A stretch of DNA of 50,657 bases from a virus (Duplodnaviria > Caudoviricetes): positions 1 to 50,657 of IMG/VR virus record IMGVR_UViG_3300043111_000068. One strand, 5' to 3'. The notes beneath the pieces are model-generated. The model was not told where the DNA came from. It worked only from the letters and a program-made list of their open reading frames with translations, and did not search any database. Position numbers and translations under genes: made by a program. Of this stretch, positions 45,221 to 50,657 are shown piece after piece. Position 1 is the first letter of the stretch. Every line of letters begins with the position of its first letter.

Positions 45221-46168
45221 CTATGCCCCTCGGACCTTTCGCATTGCTTCGAGCATTGAGTCCGTGGGCGATTTTTTTTGTTGTCGGGCCGGGGGCGTTG
45301 GTGCCGTTCCAGATCCTGTTGTTCCAATTTTTTTGTGCGGATTCTGAGCGGCAGAAGAGATCGCGGTCTGTTGCGCCTTTTCAAGCTCGGCCAGCCTCGC
45401 CTTGAGCTGTTCGTTCTCGCTGTTGAGTTTCTGGCTGCGAATATACTGGTGCGCGGCTGCCGGATTGTTCCCAAAAACGCTCGAAAGCCTGGGATCCTGC
45501 ATGACCTGCTGAAGTTCTCCGGACTGGTACATATCAACAAAATCCGGGTTTTCTTCTGCATACGACTGACGCGCACTAGCGACTTCCTGCTGCATCCGTT
45601 CTTCAATGCGAGAAAATTCATTATCGATCTTCAAAATTTCTGCATCGGCCTGACGCTGAGCATCCCATTTCTGCTCATTAAGAGACTCACGCTGGACCAT
45701 GTATGTTTGAAGGTCGATATCGCCCGACTCCATCTTCTGCTGCAGGCTACCTAACTGCTCTTCAACAGACTTCACCGTATCGGTTAAACCGGCGGTGACT
45801 TCTTGCCTGCGCTGAGCAAGGAGATCCTGAGGGGATGCTTCGGGCTGTGCGGCTTGTTCGGCAGTCTGAGATTGCTTAGCCTGACCAAGTTGCTCCAAAA
45901 GTGCGGCGGCAAACTTCTTGGGGTCAGAATAATCATCTCCGGGCTGCTGCGAATCAGGCGCACCAGACGGGGGCTCGGTAGCGGTTTTGTCTTCGGGGTT
46001 GGGAGTGGAACCGTCTTCAGCCTTGTCACCTTCGGGTTGCACCGGGGCTTCGGGCTGCTGACCTTGTGGTTCTTCCGTGTACTCCGATTCAAAATTCTGC
46101 TCAGGAGCGTTGTCGTCTGTATTGTTTTCGTAAGAGGTGGTGTCTTTACGAACAGCGTTTACGTTCAT
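45221..46168 (-). CDS. Capsid scaffolding protein
   Basis: Acidic disordered N-terminus and coiled coil; between portal and capsid genes. Confidence 0.75.
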   Translation of the reverse strand: MNVNAVRKDTTSYENNTDDNAPEQNFESEYTEEPQGQQPEAPVQPEGDKAEDGSTPNPEDKTATEPPSGAPDSQQPGDDYSDPKKFAAALLEQLGQAKQSQTAEQAAQPEASPQDLLAQRRQEVTAGLTDTVKSVEEQLGSLQQKMESGDIDLQTYMVQRESLNEQKWDAQRQADAEILKIDNEFSRIEERMQQEVASARQSYAEENPDFVDMYQSGELQQVMQDPRLSSVFGNNPAAAHQYIRSQKLNSENEQLKARLAELEKAQQTAISSAAQNPHKKIGTTGSGTAPTPPARQQKKSPTDSMLEAMRKVRGA

Positions 46169-46181
46169 TTTTGTTTCTCCG

Positions 46182-46220
46182 TGTAACCTAAAGGTAACAT
46201 CTCAAAGAAAGCCATGTCAA
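46182..46220 (-). promoter_or_regulatory. Promoter overlapped by operator copy 4 (TGTAACCTAAAGGTAACA, 46182-46199)
   Basis: TTGACA-N18-TACCTT with TGn extension; operator identical to copy 2. Confidence 0.75.
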
Positions 46221-46493
46221 CTACCCTCTTTCAACTATGCCTTTTTCTTTGAGATACGTTTTGTACTGTGACCGCGTTTCAATGGGCCGCTCTCCATCCC
46301 CCTGCAGTGCGCCGCGCAGGTTGTCGTCAATCCAGGCTGCGGTTTCCGTTTCAAGACCACCCTGGAAAGAGACTATCCTGCCTGCCATGACTCCACACAG
46401 GGGGCAGGGGAGAGCATCGGGCCTGTCGTCGATTCTGCAGAAGTGCTCGACTTCCTGCCGGCATTTCGGACAGCGATATACATAAGTCGGCAC
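46221..46493 (-). CDS. FmdB-family zinc-ribbon protein
   Basis: MPTYVYRCPKC...CPLCG. Confidence 0.85.
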   Translation of the reverse strand: MPTYVYRCPKCRQEVEHFCRIDDRPDALPCPLCGVMAGRIVSFQGGLETETAAWIDDNLRGALQGDGERPIETRSQYKTYLKEKGIVERG

Positions 46494-48496
46494 TATGCAC
46501 CTCCCGGGTCAACACCCTGTTCGGCCTTGGGCGTTCCGGCCTCTGCTGGTGCGCCCGGTGCGCCTACGCCACCGCCCGGAGCATTCTGCTGGGTTGCATC
46601 GCCGGGACCGCCCTGATCTTGCAAGAGCTGATTGTAGATTTCCCGAGCTACTTCCTCGGGCATACCCGCCTGAATGAGTACGGACAGGGCCGCCTGAAGC
46701 TGAGACTCGCCCATACGCTCGACAATCTTGCGCCAGTTCGGGAAGTTGATCGCTTCCAGAAGTGCCTGCCGGTCGATAGCTTGCAGCTTGAACAGCTCGA
46801 CGGCCTCATTCTTCACCTGGCTGGATGTCTTGGCCACCGTGGATCCGGACTCCACAACATAGTTGAATTTCCGCTGGAGAAGCGACAACCCGTTGATCTC
46901 AACCGGGCCAGATTCAATATCCACCAGCTCGGGTTCAATACCGAAGTTTTGATAGAACGAGATAAAACACCGGCCCCGCTCACGGACAATGTAGTCAACG
47001 GCCCGGATTTTCGCCCGGACAAGAACCGCCCCCCGCTCCTGCAGCATCGAGATCGCGCTGGCAGCAATAACCCCACCGGCAGCCTCGCCCCTATCCGCAT
47101 CCTCGATCTGAGAAATACGGTCGAAGAAGCTGACCAGCGTGGAAAGTGCTTGAAACAGCCAGCTCGGAGGAGCGGGCATATCGAGCCATTTGATCCCGGA
47201 ACCAACAGATCCGGAAACCGGCTGCAGTACCAGGCGCGGCACATAGCGTACCTTGGACAAGGGGATCTTTGTATCCTTGGGCAGAATCAGTGGCGGGAAC
47301 ATCGACATCCGGAGGTACGACATAATCGTGGACCAGAGATCGTCGATGGCCAGGTTGATATCACCAACCGTTTCGCACATCGCATACCCCCACAAAGAGG
47401 TGGTATCTTCATAGGAATTTGCATGATAGAAGGGAAAGCGATCAAAAAGGTATGAATTTTCAACGGCTTCTTGAGGCAACGCATGGTTGACGTTCGGGTT
47501 GGCCTCGTCGTTGAGGACTTCCTTGCCGTAGTTTGAAATCGTGACAACCCGTATCCCGCCGGGATATTTCAGTTTTTCACTCTCAATCTTCAGCATCTTC
47601 TGCTCACCGGTGGCGGGGTCGATATCAACGACCTCTTCCTCAACGGTGACAGTGGTGTAATCTTTTATCCAAAGCTCAATAATCAGAGCACGGTTCAGCT
47701 TGATTTCTTCAGCCTCGCCGGGATGGTTGACGGGAACATAATTCCCGGTAGCGTTGATCGATCCTGGGTACGTGTTTTTCGGAACGGCCCGGTCGTCCTG
47801 CCTGGACTCGCCCAACAAGGTAGAAACTTCTTCGTCCGGGGCAAGGTTCTCGACTTCAAATTTTGCTTCGGCCTCTTCGACCTGCATCGGGTAGAGATGG
47901 CAGACATACGGAGCATCGGACAGCTCTTCATAATACCCAGGCGCGGGAACAAACGAAAAGGGATCCAACGGGATCGAACGCCCCTGCTTCTTTGTGGAAT
48001 CCCACACGGCTTTTTCCACCGTGATCCCGTAAATCTCCTGGTTCAGAACCGACTTACCCAGCGACCGTTGCTGCTCCGCTGCTGCCGACCAGACCCGAAG
48101 TTTTTCCGAAAGAGCTTTCGAGGCTTCATCCTCGATCCCATCCGCGCTAACCACTTCTGCCATGGGAGCTCGGGCCGTAATATTTGCCACTGTCCTCGTG
48201 ATATTGCTCTGCAATAACGCCAGTGACAGTTTCGCATTGTTCCCTCCGGGCTGGCTTAAAACCTTGACGACCCCCGGCCAGTGATTCCCGCGAAACAGGC
48301 GATAGTTCTCTTCCCATTTCTCGGGCAGATACTCCCGATCCCTGGCCAGAACCGCGTTCTGAAACAGTTGATAAAAATACGGCCCAACGTCAGGATGCCC
48401 CTCAGGAGGCAGTGTCGTCAGACTCCACTTGTTCTTCTCGAGTATCGGTGGAGGACACTTCAAGTCCCTCTGCACCAAAGGCTTCCCACTTGGCAT
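46493..48496 (-). CDS. Portal protein (P22-like)
   Basis: Size and position; LDPFSF.P.PG, SLWGYAM, SGST motifs. Confidence 0.8.
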   Translation of the reverse strand: MPSGKPLVQRDLKCPPPILEKNKWSLTTLPPEGHPDVGPYFYQLFQNAVLARDREYLPEKWEENYRLFRGNHWPGVVKVLSQPGGNNAKLSLALLQSNITRTVANITARAPMAEVVSADGIEDEASKALSEKLRVWSAAAEQQRSLGKSVLNQEIYGITVEKAVWDSTKKQGRSIPLDPFSFVPAPGYYEELSDAPYVCHLYPMQVEEAEAKFEVENLAPDEEVSTLLGESRQDDRAVPKNTYPGSINATGNYVPVNHPGEAEEIKLNRALIIELWIKDYTTVTVEEEVVDIDPATGEQKMLKIESEKLKYPGGIRVVTISNYGKEVLNDEANPNVNHALPQEAVENSYLFDRFPFYHANSYEDTTSLWGYAMCETVGDINLAIDDLWSTIMSYLRMSMFPPLILPKDTKIPLSKVRYVPRLVLQPVSGSVGSGIKWLDMPAPPSWLFQALSTLVSFFDRISQIEDADRGEAAGGVIAASAISMLQERGAVLVRAKIRAVDYIVRERGRCFISFYQNFGIEPELVDIESGPVEINGLSLLQRKFNYVVESGSTVAKTSSQVKNEAVELFKLQAIDRQALLEAINFPNWRKIVERMGESQLQAALSVLIQAGMPEEVAREIYNQLLQDQGGPGDATQQNAPGGGVGAPGAPAEAGTPKAEQGVDPGGA

Positions 48497-48887
48497 TATT
48501 GTCTCCCTCGTCATTTACGGGGTTTTCGTCCGGGGCGGTTTCCGACACGGAGTTTTCGTCCGGGGTGGTTTCCGACACGGGCTCTTCCTTCTTTTTCTTT
48601 TTCGAGGTTTTGGGAGTGGTCGATACCCGCTTCCCCGTTTCCGGATCATACAGCAGGGCCACACGGCCTGTGGAGCTGACAATGCTTGTGCCGCACTGCG
48701 GACAGGCCAGGTCAGCAAACTGACAGGAAGTGTCTGCCGGGAATGTTGTCCAATTATAGCCTGTCTCACCATACGGGTGTTTCAGCTTGAACATCCGACC
48801 GTTTGCCGCCTTCCACATCTCGTAGAAGTGTGTCGTCTCGAAGAAAATTTCTCCGCAGCCCGGACACTTTACGTCATAAATTTTCAC
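48402..48887 (-). CDS. Zinc-ribbon protein with acidic tail
   Basis: CPGCG...CPQCG; 30-bp tandem duplication at 48522-48580. Confidence 0.65.
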   Translation of the reverse strand: MKIYDVKCPGCGEIFFETTHFYEMWKAANGRMFKLKHPYGETGYNWTTFPADTSCQFADLACPQCGTSIVSSTGRVALLYDPETGKRVSTTPKTSKKKKKEEPVSETTPDENSVSETAPDENPVNDEGDNNAKWEAFGAEGLEVSSTDTREEQVESDDTAS

Positions 48888-49288
48888 TAAAACGCCTCCT
48901 TGATTCGCAGAGGAAACGATGAATTCTCACCGAGGAGCCCTTTAAGTTTTTTCATGGTTGAGCAGCTATCAAGCACAGCACGTTTTCCCTCGAGGTATCC
49001 CACACGCGAACCGACCAAGATACACCCTGTGGAATCCTTGGCAGTGTTCCCGGGATGGATCAGAATCCCGTACCGGCCAGGAACCTTCCCCACCTCAAAA
49101 ACTTCTCCAAACCGAGACGAGATGTACGGGCGAACGATATATGTACCGGTCGGAATGCACGATACATTCTGCTGGTTTTCGCGCCAGGGTAATTCGAGGG
49201 TTACGCAGACTATCATAAAGTTCACGCGCAGAACCCCCAGCGTTCCCTCGTCGCTCATTTCAAGTCGGACCAGTTCTGCAGTATCCAT
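48887..49288 (-). CDS. DUF5675-family protein, putative endolysin
   Basis: GTLG...TLELPW..N..SCIPTGTY...VPGR.GILIHPGN...GCILVG; TGATG coupling. Confidence 0.8.
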   Translation of the reverse strand: MDTAELVRLEMSDEGTLGVLRVNFMIVCVTLELPWRENQQNVSCIPTGTYIVRPYISSRFGEVFEVGKVPGRYGILIHPGNTAKDSTGCILVGSRVGYLEGKRAVLDSCSTMKKLKGLLGENSSFPLRIKEAF

Positions 49289-49716
49289 CACTTTCCCAGG
49301 TTGTTCTTGCAGGCCATCAGGCATCTCTCGACCTCCTCGCCAATTTCTGCCGGGATCCAGGCCTCGCCATCCCGGTCGCTCTGCAGCAAATATCCCCAAA
49401 GCTTTTCAAGGGTCTGTACCGCCATGTGAAGTGCCGACCCAATCGTTTCAACATGCTCGCTTCTCGTGCCCGCCACCTGCCGCTCGGTCTCGACGGCTCG
49501 CTCGAGCTTCAAGATCCTGCGCTCAAACTGTTCAATCACTGAACGGGGTGGACTTTGGACATACGCATCCATGTGCTCGACCACGACATTGAACACCGCC
49601 GTTGTGCCAAGCTCGGCTATATAATCTTCAAAATTCAACCCCAGCTCGGCGCAGTCGTCCCGAGTCCGGATGATCGCCTTATGAATTTTTTCCTTAAGTC
49701 TTTCTGGCTCAACCAT
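49288..49716 (-). CDS. Hypothetical protein
   Basis: GGAGG SD before MVEPERL. Confidence 0.65.
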   Translation of the reverse strand: MVEPERLKEKIHKAIIRTRDDCAELGLNFEDYIAELGTTAVFNVVVEHMDAYVQSPPRSVIEQFERRILKLERAVETERQVAGTRSEHVETIGSALHMAVQTLEKLWGYLLQSDRDGEAWIPAEIGEEVERCLMACKNNLGK

Positions 49717-49984
49717 TTTTCCTCCAATGGTCCGGCATCTCGCCATCTTGAGCGAGCTTGATATCTTCAATCCGACCCTCAAGGAACGAGTAAGCCACAC
49801 GCCGGAGGGCGTTCTGACCGATTCCGAACGCATCCAAGAAGTTTTTCTGCCGGGCTTTTACCATCTTCACCAACTGGTCAACATGGTCCGGCTTGACCTC
49901 AATCCCATGTTTTTTGACATGCTCACGAAGCTCGGCGTCCATCTCCATGATGCAGTCCACCATCGTTTCTCCAAGAGTGCTCAC
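49709..49984 (-). CDS. Hypothetical protein
   Basis: AAGGAGG SD, GTG start. Confidence 0.65.
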   Translation of the reverse strand: MSTLGETMVDCIMEMDAELREHVKKHGIEVKPDHVDQLVKMVKARQKNFLDAFGIGQNALRRVAYSFLEGRIEDIKLAQDGEMPDHWRKNG

Positions 49985-50286
49985 AGCAGATCCTCCTTGA
50001 GCTGAGTCAAAAACTTGCTTGTCGTCTGCTCCCGCTGACGCATCACCCGGTCAATGTCCTTGAGTTCCGGGCTGTCCTCCTCGGCCACCGGCTGCATATA
50101 CTCGTCTTCCCCCTGAACCTGCCCGGCACCCCCACCGCGAACGAGGCCCGTTCCCATGATCGACCCCTCAAATCCTTTGGCGGTCAGAACGATCCGTGCC
50201 CCAATCCACACCGCGAGCAGCAAGATCCCCGCAAACAACGGGAACAAGGCCAGCAATGTCAGGATGTTTCCAAAATCAATGTGCAT
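49981..50286 (-). CDS. Single-pass membrane protein
   Basis: N-terminal hydrophobic helix; GGAGG SD. Confidence 0.65.
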   Translation of the reverse strand: MHIDFGNILTLLALFPLFAGILLLAVWIGARIVLTAKGFEGSIMGTGLVRGGGAGQVQGEDEYMQPVAEEDSPELKDIDRVMRQREQTTSKFLTQLKEDLL

Positions 50287-50311
50287 GTACCCCTCCAACA
50301 AGTTGTAACAG

Positions 50312-50344
50312 TGTAACCTTATGGTGACAGTTTCGACAAGTCAA
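50312..50344 (-). promoter_or_regulatory. Promoter overlapped by operator copy 5 (TGTAACCTTATGGTGACA, 50312-50329)
   Basis: TTGACT-N17-TAAGGT on the - strand with the -10 inside the palindrome. Confidence 0.7.
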
Positions 50345-50657
50345 AACACAGGAGCGATATCCCCCCATGCCCCGTCTTCTTCCGGTTCTATATAGTCGGC
50401 CTCGATCTCTTCAAAATCTCTTTCACAGGCAGTCTTGATATGTTCTTTCGGCTCGTCGGCCCGCTTGCCGGGACTCTGCCGACTCATCATTACGTACCTG
50501 CAGGAATCCGCGTGATGATCTTCCTGGTCATCGGAAACGTCGTCCCACTCCTTCTCGTCGCGCTCAAGAATCGGCACGGTGCGGATGAAATGAACACAGC
50601 GATCAGACACATAAAACATCGGCTTGCGCGGCCAGCCGCCCTCGGGCTTCTCCGGGG
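50341..50657 (-). CDS. terL: Terminase large subunit, C-terminal part (runs off window)
   Basis: FYVSDRCVHFIRTVP.L..D....DDV....EDHHADSCRY. Confidence 0.85.
   Translation of the reverse strand, partial: PEKPEGGWPRKPMFYVSDRCVHFIRTVPILERDEKEWDDVSDDQEDHHADSCRYVMMSRQSPGKRADEPKEHIKTACERDFEEIEADYIEPEEDGAWGDIAPVF

Overview
The window is most of one tailed-phage (Caudoviricetes) genome of temperate ancestry, probably podovirus-like; no host genes are visible. The + strand arm (1-11528) carries a visibly AT-richer, partly decayed accessory block (1-2650), a replication/recombination operon (SSB-like protein, AEP primase, SF1 helicase, VRR-NUC nuclease, dCTP deaminase, HU), an excisionase and a 59-codon integrase N-terminus. 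That integrase frame runs directly into a tRNA-Pro 3'-end att core and has no catalytic domain. The convergent - strand arm (11921-50657) carries the terminase C-terminus, a DUF5675 putative endolysin, portal, scaffold, major capsid, adaptor, a tail protein with a fused GIY-YIG nuclease domain, tail/ejection proteins, a 3207-aa polyvalent protein, a PAS-domain protein and an RCC1-repeat receptor-binding protein. The most notable items are the integrase cut exactly at att, a genome-wide 18-bp palindromic operator (5 copies), the nuclease-tail fusion, codon-position-biased variation in the RCC1 repeats, and a structured non-coding region beside att. All family assignments are by eye from motifs; no searches were run.
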